Source: Octopus vulgaris
Lineage: Eukaryota
DNA: 64,000 nucleotides
Assembly (NCBI GenBank): GCA_951406725.2
Contig: OX597820.1
Span: 52,638,001 to 52,702,000 of the forward strand
Direction of reading: 5' to 3'
Made by a program: the position numbers and the translations under genes. The first letter of the stretch is position 1. Every line of letters starts with the position of its first letter. Under the pieces are notes generated by a model, which worked only from the letters and a program-made list of their open reading frames with translations, had not been told where the DNA came from and made no database searches. Shown here in pieces: positions 29,530 through 43,629 of the stretch.

Positions 29530-30477
29530 ATCTTGCAATATAAATGGATCTTTTCCTGAAGCTTCTACACGTAAAGTTAATCGTATATGGGCCAGCGTGT
29601 ATTCGTATGTGAACATTAGGTATTTATATACGTGTATATATTTGTGTGTATGCTTGTATGCATCCACACATGTACGTTCATCTGTATGTTCCCATGCATG
29701 TATTCATGAATGTGCTTATATGAATAATTCAACGCCTGTGTGAGAGTGATTTGGTGTGTGAATATGTAAAGGCTTATGTCTGTCTTATCCAACGTGTTTC
29801 AACGTGTTTTGTTTATGTACATACACACAGACACACACACACAAACAAAAAAGCACACATGTACATGCATGCATACATAGATGCATATACATGAATGCAT
29901 GCATGCATGCATACACTCATACTTACAATAACAGACTACCAAGATACATGCATCATACAGTAGGTTGCAAAGATATTACTTCAAACAGACCCTATTTCTT
30001 CGTCTATGTGCATGTATGTGTGGCTGTGTGTTGGGTAGGTTGTGTGCATGCGTGTTGTATGTGTACATGAGTGTGCGCGCGCCCGCGCACGTCCGTGTAT
30101 TTATTTTTTCGTTTTCTTTTTCTAAATTTGTGTTAGATTTTATCTCATTTTACTCTAATTCTTTTTGTTATAATTGTTATTGTTAATGTTATTTTTATTT
30201 ACTGTTGTTGTTGTTGTTGTTATTGTTGTTGTTATACTGCTGTGTTACTTTTCTAAGTTTTGTTGTACCCTTTTTTTATATTTTGATAGTATTTTCTTCA
30301 ATTCTCATTCTTTGGTAGAGTTTGTGTTTTGATTTTTATCAACTTAACTACTGATCCTAGTATTGTTGTTGTGATTCTTGTTGTTCCTTTTTTTTTGCTT
30401 GTTGATGCTGCTGTTGTTGCTTTTTTCTTATTACTGTTGTTTTTGTTGCTTTAGTGGCATTTTTTACGTTTTACTAC

Positions 30478-30516
<39 letters not shown>

Positions 30517-30660
30517 ATTGTTGGTGGTGGTATTGTTGGTGGTGGTGTCGATCGTGGAGTTAGCGGTGGCGGTGGTTATGATGATGAGTATGATGATGAT
30601 GTGGTGGTGGTGATGATATTGATGAGGATATTGGTCGTGTTGGTCATGGTAATAGTGAAA

Positions 30661-30705
<45 letters not shown>

Positions 30706-31397
30706 GTGGTGACGGTGAGCATATCGGTGATGATGGCGAAAAGTCGACCATTGATGATGATGATCATCATCATCACCATCGTGATGGTTACTGAGGAGTG
30801 TTAATGATCATGATGTTAATGATGAAGACGAAAAGGAATTTGCTGAAGAAGAGAACGGTAATAGTGATGCGAATTTTGTTGATGTTGCTAATGGCGGTGG
30901 CGTGAGAGATGTGTGAATTGAAACTCTGTTGTACATATAGTTTGTAATCATGTTTTGTTAGTAATTTGTTTTTTGTTGTTGTTGTTGTTGTTGTTGTTAT
31001 TGTTGGAGTAGATATTTTTTCGATAATCTTACTGTTCAAGCTATTCATTCATGTTAGTAGTTGCCTGTGTTGATGGTACACTGCTACCGTTATTGACTAC
31101 AATAAATGTGAAGAGGTTTCCATTAATCAAAACATCCGGCATTTTAGTGGCAAGATAAACGACTAAACTAAACTAAAACAACAAGAGCAATAACAACAAC
31201 AACAACAACAACAACTACAGCAATAACAACATCAATACTGATAAGACCAACACAACCACCACCACCACCACCACTTCTATTACCGACACTAGCAACAAAA
31301 ACATTTTAAAAAGCCTAATAACAATAATACAATAACAGAAAATAAGAAAACTATAAAATGTAATAACAATATTATCAAAAATAGCTCTACTACTACA

Positions 31398-31471
<74 letters not shown>

Positions 31472-31472
31472 C

Positions 31473-31522
<50 letters not shown>

Positions 31523-31807
31523 TAATAATAATACAATAATAACGCTATAATAATATGAAAGTCAACAATAGAAAGAGTAACAACGCGAAGAACAACAGTA
31601 ATAAGGTAATCGCTTTATCAAACTATGTTAAGTATGGTTGTTAAAAGTAAAAGTTATTTGGACGCCATGTTGGTCATTAGCGGAAAGATTAGATTTATAT
31701 ATTCAAACGCAAAAACAAAGATAGCTTTAGTAGAAATGTGTGTGTATATTTTTATGTATACGTGTATATGTGTACTTGCGCGTGTCTATGCAAGTGTGTG
31801 CGTGAGG

Positions 31808-31839
<32 letters not shown>

Positions 31840-32916
31840 AAGAGAGAAAGAGAGAATAAATGCTTGTTGTTATATTTGGATATGTTTTTGTGTATGTGTA
31901 TCTATGTGCACCGGAGAAACCATGGGTGAATGAGTGTGTGTATGTATGTGTGTGTGTGTTTGTGTGTGTGTGTGTGAATGTGTGTGCGTGTGTGTAGGTT
32001 CTATAGGATGGTTCGCGATCGTTAGATTCGTACACTAAGATAACATGATGTAATATATTTGCATAACCAGCAATCACACACACACACATATGCATATACA
32101 GAAGATACGTTTCTAAGTATCATATATGTGAGTGTTTGCATTGTACACATGACTGCTTATATCTGTATTGCGTTTGTGTATTTACATTTATCCATTTGTA
32201 CTTATGCGGAGCAGTTCCTATTACAAACAGCTCGTTGATAAGACAATAACTTTAAGTAATTACTTTAGAATTTTCAGTTAAACTTTAACATGGTACAAAC
32301 TTATTTTACAATAAATCACTAAAATAAGAGAACATTTCTTCCGAAATGCCTCTGTCTCCAGTATTCGATAATCATTCTTAAGATCTACCTTAGACTTGTA
32401 ACTTCGCTTTTCTGCTTAAGTGTATATTGTCCTAATTAACATTGGAATTACTACACAGTCGCTCTGTCTGAAAAGTGAGCCAGATTGACTACAAATTAAC
32501 CCTAACAGTTCAAATGAAATCATACATTGGATAATGTAGAGTTTGGGAAATTCTACAGAAGAAATCGACTTGTTATGATTTGAACGTATTTGATCATAGT
32601 TCTGATCGTAGTTCTGCTTAATGAGCATAACCAAAGTCTAGGCCACAATAGCAACAAGAGGGTAGGAATAGAATCAATTGTTGCTTCTTCCTGACATTGG
32701 GTAGAAAATTACCATGCGCTATTTCTATGTGTACTGTGTGTGGGTGTATGCATGAGCATGCATGCGTATGTATATATATGCATACAGGCATACATACACA
32801 CATACACAATTAATCTCATTAAGGCAAAATAAGGTAGAAAAAATAGTGCTCGAATACCAAAATCTTTTCAAGATGCTTTCAAGTTGCTTTCAAGATCTTT
32901 TCGGCTTTAATAAAAA

Positions 32917-33096
<180 letters not shown>

Positions 33097-33199
33097 GCTA
33101 ACCTGAGAAGATGAAACCGAAATAAGCCTCCAAATATTGGTGATTAATCCTACCGAAAGCTTTAGTCTGGAACCAACCATACTAGTTTATACATTTACC

Positions 33200-34390
33200 C
33201 TTACTATAATGCTTTGTGTCAGGAATAAATCTATTTAAGATGGCACATGTCTGTGTCTCATCCGGGTGGTCATGGCTGAAAACCTTTTGAGTTGGGTTCG
33301 CTCGATCAGGGCTGAGTGAGGGCTAAGTAACAACTACATTTCATTCATATGCAACTCAAATTCTAACTACCGTATTAAATAAGTGAAGAAATTGAATATC
33401 TAGTCTCAGATAAAATACTAAATAAAGATATCTAGTCTTAGATGAAATACTATATAAAGAGATGGTCACAACTGTAATAATTTCGATCTTAGAACTATTC
33501 TATGAGGCTTGGCTTAATACGAAGCGACCATATCAACAACGAGCCAAATGAGGAATCTGTAAATGGTAACTTTACAGAATTCATAGAAATTAAAGCTAAA
33601 TCTTCCTTAAATCATACCAAGCCGTCTTAAATAAAAGATAAACACATTGGCGTATATAAACCATAGTACACACACAAAAAAATGAGTTGGGGTGGTCACG
33701 GCAAGGACGCATCTGATTATATATCTGATTGATGGGATCTACAGCTAAACAACACTAGCCTCGTTGACAAAAAATATACCCAGGGCAACAACAACAACAA
33801 GAACAGCAACAACAGCAGCAGCAAAGCCAACAACAACAGCAACATCAACAACAGTAGCAGAAGCAACACAAGCCCAGAAAGAAACCTCTATATGGTCACA
33901 CAACCTGCTAGAAATAGTAATTTCAGCCCTCTATCTTGAAAAATTCGGAATAACACATTGGATGATGTAATGTTGCATACAATGGAACAGAAATAAAAAG
34001 CCGACGCAGAGGTCATAGTTGAAATGCCTTTGGGCAAAGATATCCAATGAGGGTTGACAGGCGGATGAATAACAACAACGTCAATAGCAGTAACAATAAT
34101 AAAATTAAATAACTGAAACAACAACATAGACAACAATGCCATTATTAATAATAATAGCAACGGCAATATAAAGTGCCAATGAGAGATCCTTTATGTGATT
34201 GCTCAGTGTGCTAGAAATAACAGCGAAATATTTCCCTTCTGTCATACTAAAACAGTTTTCATAAAAAGGACGCTTTGAACAACGTAATCCTTGATGTATA
34301 AAAAGACACGACGGTTATGAATGGAACCGTTGCGGTTGTACGTTTTGCTCAATCAAGGGTGACATGAGGCTAAACGACGGCGACAGCTAC
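33200..34390 (+). repeat. Cluster of about 5 old, diverged copies of an abundant dispersed repeat (aaatagcagccaaatc...gatcagggctgacctggggctaaacaac)
   Basis: Related copies lie near 16800-16985, 46270-46450, 48810-48990, 49940-50070 (-), 50560-50720 and 61550-61720. Confidence 0.55.
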
Positions 34391-35707
34391 AACAAAAAGC
34401 CAACAACAACAACCACAACAATAATTGCAATGGTTAACTATAACATCAAAAACCGACAATATTATCATTGAAATACAGACTCTAATTAAAAGCTGGTTAC
34501 CAAGAAGAGGAGAATATTTATAGGATATATGTATTCACAACATATCTCTAGAGATATGAGAGAGCTCAGAGGTTGAAACAACTTGTTATATTGACTGTCC
34601 TTTATCCAGAGTAACGCATGCGTGTCGGAATAACTCGATACAATGCTATATTGTGCTTCGTACTTCCTCTATACAAAGGCAGCAACCGAAGCCTGGGTCT
34701 ATTCAAAAACCATTTACTTGTTTCTTATTTAACAGTAAATGACTATTGTCAATTATACGTCTGTCTGTATCTCTCCTCCACCCTCTCTCTCTCTCACTCT
34801 CTGCCGGTTGGTCTTCCTGTCTCATTCCTTTTTCTTTCTCCCCCTCTCAATCTATATATGCGTGTATGTATTTGTGTATGTGATACTCAGATGCAATAAC
34901 TTGCGTATACATATATACGCGTATATGTACAGATATACATATTTACAGATATACATGTTTATACGTTCACACACACATACAATATATTTATATACATATA
35001 CACATACATGCAAAACATATATATATATATATACATATACAATCATACATTAATATACATAAATATATATACGTGCGCATGCGCAAATATGTGTATGTTT
35101 GTAAGCGTGTGTCACAATTTTAAAATTTCAGCTTCATTCCCTGAGTTTCATATTCATTCACTTCCCATTCGTTCTACTAGATCTCCCCTCCATCTCACTC
35201 CCTCTTCCCCCCCCTCTCTCTCTCTCTCTTCCGCTCTCGCTCTTACGCTGAAAACGTCCATCTATCTTTTGTAAATAAATAAAAACCTCTCTTTGTCGCC
35301 CGACATTCTATCCCCTGCAGCCCTCCATAGAAATATAACTAAACCATACAAATGTCACATTGTTTAACGAAATAATGACTTTATATAATAACGTATGTAA
35401 CATTAAAAGATGTGTATCAGACAGTCGGAGAGTTTCAAAGCTTTATTCTCCAAGATGAACAAATATATAAAAGGAAATATTAATATGTTAGTATACACAT
35501 TGTTAACAGCAAAATGAAATATTTAATTATGAAAATTAATTCCATTTTCGAATGGAGAACTACCATGTTGTTTAATAAAAACTGTTGTAGAGAGAAGAGT
35601 ACCAACAGAAATTACAATAAATCAATGTGAATTTATTCAAGAACCAGCTTAATTTTTTCGTGTCATACATATGAACGCGCACACACGTATATGATTACAT
35701 ATTTTAC

Positions 35708-35750
<43 letters not shown>

Positions 35751-35760
35751 CATATATATA

Positions 35761-35972
35761 TAGTTAATCCAAACATGAAAATACAAAGAGAAAACACAAC
35801 AACGCGAGAACGTGGAACAAATATAGGAATATTGGAAGCTCAGGAAGGAAGGGAAGAATGAGGGTTTTACGTTTCGAGCGGAGCTCTTCGTCAGAAACAT
35901 AGGAAAAGGAAAGATCCAGAGAAGGGAAGACGGAGGAAAAAAATCGCCAATGGTACACACTCGGTCACATTT
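35761..35972 (-). mobile_element. pLTR-like repeat family E, copy 1
   Basis: About 210 bp, flanked by (TA)n, and repeated at 36197-36405. Confidence 0.8.
35864..35898 (-). ncRNA. Minimal type-I hammerhead ribozyme
   Basis: GUUU-CUGACGA-A-GAGC UCC GCUC-GAAA-CG-UA-AAAC: intact core, stems I and II, GUA cleavage triplet. Confidence 0.75.
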
Positions 35973-35978
35973 TGAATC

Positions 35979-36049
<71 letters not shown>

Positions 36050-36157
36050 CGTGACCAACCAGGCTATCAGATGTTGCTACACATCGCTGGTCACAATGCG
36101 CTTCACATTGTTTTAGTCTTCAAATGACGCCACCCCGCTGGCTAAGCGAGCAGGCCA

Positions 36158-36193
<36 letters not shown>

Positions 36194-36196
36194 ATA

Positions 36197-36405
36197 CAGT
36201 TAATCCAAACATGAAAACACAAAAAGAAAACACAACAAAGCGAAGACGTGGAACAAGTATAGTGTTATTGGACGCTTAGGAAAGGAAAGAAAGAAGGAGG
36301 GTTTAACGTTTCGAGCGGAGCTCTTCGTCAGAAACATAGGAAAAGGAAAGGTCCAAGGACGGTAAGACCAAGAAAGAAAATCGCCAAAGATACACACGCG
36401 GTCAT
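36197..36405 (-). mobile_element. pLTR-like repeat family E, copy 2
   Basis: Direct repeat of 35761-35972. Confidence 0.8.
36301..36335 (-). ncRNA. Minimal type-I hammerhead ribozyme
   Basis: GUUU-CUGACGA-A-GAGC UCC GCUC-GAAA-CG-UU-AAAC; palindromic AACGUU stem III, GUU triplet. Confidence 0.75.
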
Positions 36406-36531
36406 ATATTGAATGACCGGAAGTGAATGGGCGAAGAAAAAGTTCTTTCAAAGACAGGAGAGTGCAAGAGGAGGAGGTATGTGTGTGCATGTGTGGGTAT
36501 GTGCGTGCACGCAGGTCTGTGTGTGTGTGTA

Positions 36532-36607
<76 letters not shown>

Positions 36608-37044
36608 TATGCACGTTAGCTCTGAGGTAAAAAGTTTGCTTCGTAATCACATGATTCCGATTTCAGTCCCAGGTGTCTGGTACTTTAACATCGAGTCGAC
36701 CACGGCATATGAGTGAATTTGGAACAGACGGAAACTGAAAGAAGCCCGTCGTCTATTTGTGTGTGTATCTTTTGCCCGTGTTTGTTTTCCACCAACCTTG
36801 AGAACCGGTGTTGTGTTCGGAAAAAACCCCAGAATAAGTACATATCCGCTCGGTTTGTCTTATGCTAAATATTATTGCCATGTTCAACTAATCTATAGTG
36901 TGACTATCCTATGGGTTTACACACAACCTACATAACTGTTCATAACAAACGGTATTATGTTTTTTAATTACTGACACATCATGACCTACTACAATATTAA
37001 CGTATGTTAACTAACCTCACGTTCTACTGTCCTATAATGTTACA

Positions 37045-37091
<47 letters not shown>

Positions 37092-37208
37092 ATAAATATT
37101 ATAAATCCAAATTTACAGGGAAAAAAATCAGATTTAGGATTAAATCCAATTTTATAGTAAAATATTATAAAATATTATTAGAACAAACACATTTTGCAAA
37201 ACAAACAA

Positions 37209-37280
37209 GAAAGACTTAATCAATACATAAAATTTTAATAAATATATTTATTAAAATTTTATGTATTGGTTAAGTCTTTC
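37209..37280. repeat. Loopless palindrome, 36-bp arms, one mismatch
   Basis: gaaagacttaatcaatacataaaattttaataaata|tatttattaaaattttatgtattggttaagtctttc. Confidence 0.9.
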
Positions 37281-37286
37281 CTTGTA

Positions 37287-37386
<100 letters not shown>

Positions 37387-37457
37387 TAATATATTGTTAA
37401 AAACGGTAAGATAACAAAAGAAAGAAAGATACCTCAATATTATGTGAATAGAGGAAA

Positions 37458-37656
37458 TGTATGTGTAAAATGATACGTGACAATTATTCGGTAGCGAAGA
37501 TAAAACTCTGAGTATCGGATACCGAGGTGGAAATCCACAACACCATCTCTGGCCAGATAACTGAAGAGTTGGTGTTGTGGATTTCCACCTCGGCATCCGA
37601 AACTCAGAGTTTTATCTTGGCTACCGAATAATTGTCACATATTATTTTACAGATAT
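37458..37656. repeat. Inverted repeat with arms of about 90 bp, containing a hammerhead
   Basis: gtgacaattattcggtagc...aaatccacaacacca is mirrored by tggtgttgtggattt...gctaccgaataattgtcac. Confidence 0.9.
37555..37617 (+). ncRNA. Type-I hammerhead ribozyme (family G)
   Basis: AGAUAA-CUGAAGA-[imperfect stem II containing the GUGGA/UCCAC hairpin]-GAAA-CU CAG AG-UU-UUAUCU; 6-bp stem I. Confidence 0.65.
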
Positions 37657-37659
37657 ATA

Positions 37660-37707
<48 letters not shown>

Positions 37708-38569
37708 GAAGTGACTTATTGTAATTGCTGTCCTTCAGTTAATAAAGAACATTTGTTATTTTTCTAACTCGTCGCTTTGTCAGACTGCGTTCGGTTGAGA
37801 CCATTGAGCAACTGTATATTAGTGAAACATCTGGAAATTATTATCATTATTGGCATGTTGACAGAATCGTTTGCGAGTAGAACAAAATACTTAGTAGCAT
37901 TTCTTCGTTTCTTTATGTTCTAATTTCAAAATCCACCGAGGTCAATCTTTGCCTTTAATTATTTCGCTGATAATAAAATAATGCAGCGGGGTCAATGTAA
38001 TCGATTGACCCGTCTCCCCCTAAACTTGTTGGCCTTGTTCCAAAATTTGTGATAAATATTTACATTACATTTATCTCCTAACACTGTCTACTTCATTAAT
38101 TGGTAAGTATTTCTTATTCTTATATTTTAGACGAGTTCTCAAACACCTAGAATAGAGTAGAAATTAATAGAATATGAATTATGTAAGGTTATGCACTTAT
38201 GTCTAAACAAGCATGTATATATTCACATAGTATTTTGTTGTGTTGTTGTGACACCCTTCGGTCATGAGTGACCATGGGATTGCACCTAGAAAGTTACGCC
38301 CCGAGGCACAAGTCTGGGCAAGGTTGTTTATGGAAGACCAGCAGTTACCTACTCATACCAGCCTCCCCTCTCCACGCCACCGATGTTATCCAAGGGAAAA
38401 GCAAAGGCCGATACAGCTTGGCACCAGTGACATCGCAGCTCATTTATTAACGTGCAAGTGGCTGAGCACTCCACAGACACGTGTACCCTTAATGTAGTTC
38501 TCGGGGAGATTCAGCGTATTCTGTCTACATTTAATTTAGTTACGTGTGCTGATAGCGTAAGGCTTCAAA

Positions 38570-39240
38570 TTTTCCAGCATTAAACTGCATGTTCTTGTGT
38601 CCTTACTCCACCTATTTATTGCGTTTAACAGTTGTTGCATCTGCGTATCATCTCCGGGACTCTATATCCTCTAAGATACTTCTGTATCGTCTGCAAAATT
38701 AACAAGGGTCACTATGTCAGTAGTCGAGGGCATGGCTGCGAGGGCTCTAAGCAGCTCTAAGACAGTGCCCTGTAGAACATCACAAACCGTTTGTGTTTCC
38801 TTAGAGGTAACACCATTGGCCACCATTGCCTTATTTGTAGCTTTTAAAAGATCTTGCAGCAACTCTCCAAGCTTTTCGAATATGCCGAGATCAGACAGCT
38901 TGTCACATATTATACCATAATCGACTTTTTCAAGATATATCAAATCCATATTTGGGTCGACAAGCAGCTGCTGTAACACCCAGTCGAAGCGCTTTAAGCA
39001 CTGTTTGTCACAGCTTTTCCCACTTCGAAGACCATGCTTGGTATCAGTCAGCAAGTCATTCTCTTCAAGGAACGCAATTAGTTTCTTTTAAATTATTCAT
39101 TCGTTCCATAACTTTGCTGATGCGTAATATCAGATAGATAAGCCTTATAGGGTTTAGCATTTGTTCTACTTCTTCCTTCATGCAAAGGGCATATTATTCC
39201 CTAGTTCAATTTGCCCGGAAGCTCACCGATTACAAGGAAA
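38570..39240 (-). pseudogene. CR1/L2-type non-LTR retrotransposon reverse transcriptase relic
   Basis: DLIYL..KVDYGII.., VLQGTVL (like GVPQGSVLGP) and FADDT; upstream QHG.RSGKSC-like motif; degenerate. Confidence 0.8.
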
Positions 39241-39679
39241 GTCTGTAAAAGAAACGTCAGTGACGTTTGCTAGCACTCTTATTTCTAGCTATACTGGTGC
39301 TAGTTACTGCCATTTATCACTTCAGTGACATCTCCAAAGCCACACATTTCTCACTACAAACAAATCAGGCAGTAAGCTCAGCTGAAGTTCCTGAGTGCTT
39401 GGCACTAAAGGTGAAATCAATTGATACTGAGATGTCTGTACTTTTCTTTGTGTTTTTCAAAGGTAAGGGCTTTCTTATATCCGCTACATTAACCGTGCAT
39501 TTTGTTTATAGTGAGAAATATGTGGCTTTGGAGAGTTAACTCGTCTTTCTAGGATAGCTGGTATTTATTTTTAATATCCTAAAATGTTATGTATATTTAC
39601 CTATATTGGTTAAGCTTACTGACCACTATTATTATTATTATTTTTAATAGTAATAATATCTTTATATATATATATATAT

Positions 39680-39860
39680 CGTTTTGGGATTTGGTTTGCA
39701 AGATTCTTTATATGAGTTCGTGTGTTGAAGCATATTCTGTTGTGCCTGGGGAGAGTCATTCTCTTTTAGTGCCTTATTTAACACACTCACCGGTAAAATT
39801 TCCACTTATTTCTTATTTTTTTAAATATTCGTTGCGTCTTGCAACCTTTTCAATAGTCTT

Positions 39861-39865
<5 letters not shown>
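39680..39865 (-). mobile_element. Family D repeat in (TA)n
   Basis: Inverted homolog of 24470-24680. Confidence 0.7.
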
Positions 39866-39921
<56 letters not shown>

Positions 39922-40129
39922 GTATATATAAAGGGGTTTGTATGATTGTGTATAGAGGGATATATATTATTCATAGGAATTCCAAATCTGTTTTTTAATG
40001 TTTTGATTGTATTCTTTATAATATTAACGTAAAATATAGAATATATAGTATAAATAGTATATATAGTAAAATAAAATGAAGTATTGATTGCCTTATCGAA
40101 TAGATGAAATATTGAATATCAAATATTAA

Positions 40130-40173
40130 GGGACTAGTATACTTTCTTGCATTAAAGCAGTCTTCAAGGTCCC
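40130..40173 (-). ncRNA. Hammerhead-like motif (family H) with a 1-nt core insertion
   Basis: GGGAC-CUUGAAGA-CUGC UUUAAU GCAA-GAAA-GUAUAC-UA-GUCCC; 5-bp stem I and palindromic stem III. Confidence 0.55.
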
Positions 40174-40185
40174 AGTTTGTGACAG

Positions 40186-40228
<43 letters not shown>

Positions 40229-41109
40229 ATATAGCATATTGAGAGATATAAGCAAATACAGATATGCAACTAATTAGAATCTCTTCTTTTGGTTTATGAT
40301 GTTCGTGGTTAAACCTTTTGTTGTTGTTTATGGCTGGGGTTTCAATGTTGGTGCTCAATTTACTATTTTTCTGGTATTTGTTACCTCCCTTTTAACTTTG
40401 ATTGTGCAAACCTATGATCAAACACATTCCAGTCGTGAATAGCCTGACTTTGTAACTGTATCTTAAGAGTACATTATCCAATGTGTCCCTTGTTATTGAT
40501 GACGATGGAATGCTATTTGAGGGATCTTATCATGATGGTGTTAATTCTAGCAGACTAAACAACATTGGCTTTTGCATTACAGTGATTCTGCTGTATGTAG
40601 TGGGGGGGGGGAGGACGTGGTTGTACATGTGGTAGTTGTTGTTGTTGTTGTTGTTGCTGTTGTTATCGTTGTAGCGGTTCTGTTTGGTGACGTACTGGTG
40701 CTTGCTACGAAGGTGAATACAATGATAGAAGTTTGATGCGTTGGCGGTGTAAGGGTGGTAGGTATAGAACTGATGGTGTGGTAGTGGTGGCAGTAATGGT
40801 AAGGTGTTAGTCGGGGTGATATGAAGGGTGGATGTTTTAGTGATAGGGTGGTGGAGCTTAACGAGGTGGTTTGGGTGAGATACTTGATAGAGATATCAGT
40901 GGGAAATATAAAAGTAATGCGGTTGTGATGGTGATGATGGTGGAGAAGATAGATGCGATGGAGCAAATAATAATGGTGTGGGTAGTGGTTGTGCAGTGGG
41001 TAGTGGCAGCAGCAATAGTAGTAGTGATGGTGGTAGCGATTTTCTGTTTCGGAAACACGTAAAAGGTGCAGACTTTTGCGGGAGTATATTAGTGGTTATG
41101 GTGGCCGTT

Positions 41110-41163
<54 letters not shown>

Positions 41164-41804
41164 TAGTAGTAGTAGTAGTGGTGGTGGTTGTGGTTGTAGT
41201 AGTAGTAGTAGTAGTAGTAGTGTGGTGGTGGAAATGATAGCTGGAGTAGTAGATATATTGGTAATGGTCTTTGTAGTGGTGCTGGTGGTGGTGCTTGTAG
41301 TATTGGTGGAGGTTGCAGCAGTAGTGGTGGTGATGGTGGTAGTGATGGTGGTGGTAGTGAAAGCGACAGTTGCAGTGTCGAATACAATAATGAAGGCAGT
41401 AGTGGTGGTGGTGGTGGCGTTCCTGGTAAGTTGTTGTGGTGGTTAGATTAAGGGTAAGGGGTATTATTTGGAGTATGTATAGCAGTAGCGACAGTGGTGG
41501 TTATAAATGTGTTAGTGTTTAGGGTAGTGGTGGATGTAGAGGCAGCAGTATTTGTAGTGGTAGTTACAACGGTCATGAACACATTTCAGGAATGCCCTGG
41601 TTTCCAGCTGAGTGAATGTTACGTTCAGAGTGAATGGAATATATTAGTGTATCGGGGTAGAGGTAGGTGTCAACGAAGATTTATATACAGCATGTGTGTC
41701 GCTTTGTGTGTATATGCGCGCGCAGGAGTGGGTGTGTAGAACTATGTTTGTACTGTGTTTGCGAGCCTATCTCTGTGTTTGTATAAGTGTGTGAGAAATG
41801 TGTT

Positions 41805-41855
<51 letters not shown>

Positions 41856-42124
41856 GGAGAGATTGAAAGGAGGGTAGGAGAGAGAGAGATAATAGCATAT
41901 TTTGTGCATTATGGTGAAGAATTGAAATATAAACGTTAAACTCTCTGAGTGAATATGTTAGTTTTGCGAGTTTAAGTGCGTGGGTGAACATGTGGTTTTT
42001 GCCTGTGTATATGTGGGCCTGCATGCCAGTACCTACATACTTACATACATCCGTATTTATGTACATATATGTGTAGTATACATGTACATAATGTGTATTG
42101 TACTGACATTAGGTAAAAGAAAAT

Positions 42125-42300
42125 ACTGGAGGATCAGTAAATAATGATTATATTCAACATATTCCCTCTTAGATTCACATACTTATCACAGCGATCCTTC
42201 AGTTTTTTTTAAACCCTGTAAAGGAACTCAGATGTTTGGGACTCCATCCTGGCCTTTTGCGAGACCCTTAAAGCCAGGAACTTTTCTCTACTCTTTCCTA
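42125..42300. mobile_element. Probable mariner-derived MITE fragment
   Basis: Ends in cttaaagccaggaactttt, which resembles a mariner-type TIR; only one end recognised. Confidence 0.35.
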
Positions 42301-42653
42301 TATATACGTCCTCGTATTTTTCAAATTTCTCATTAATGGTGAAGGAGCCAGTTTTTAACCTACAAACGAGTAATTTTTCATCGAAAATTTGACATCTGCT
42401 AATTTAAGGATAAGGTTAAGGATGTATGTCTGAATATATATGTGTTGGTGTATGAGTTTGATAGGGGAATGTTATTAATGTTCTTTCTCCCTTATATAAT
42501 TATGTGGATAGTTGATGTGCTTGCTGGTGTGTTTTGTGTAAATATCTACATAGTTGTATGCCTTTTTTTTGTGCTTACATTTGTTCGCCCATTTGAGGAG
42601 GGTGTACGCATAAGTACGCAAATGTATATGTGTTGATACGTGTTGGTTTGAAA

Positions 42654-43391
<738 letters not shown>

Positions 43392-43629
43392 ATTTAAACG
43401 AATATGTTGTGTATGAATGCGTGTTCATGAAGCTAACAATGCATTTCAGTCGCGGTTCAAATTTCTCAAAAGTTCACATTAATTTAACAGTAACTAAGGC
43501 AGGACATATGAAGTTATGTCGACGCTCAATTTTTCCGAACAATTTTATCATCGTCATTGAAAATAGTAAATCACCTTACCACTTCACAAAACAGTATCAC
43601 TGATATTTTTTGCTTAGTTATTACATGAG

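Noticed and set aside
28449-31540. Poly-M/D/V/L/T ORFs (also 7552-7913, 40577-41446, 59485-59844)
   Set aside because: They are degenerate trinucleotide repeats with no domain or splice support.
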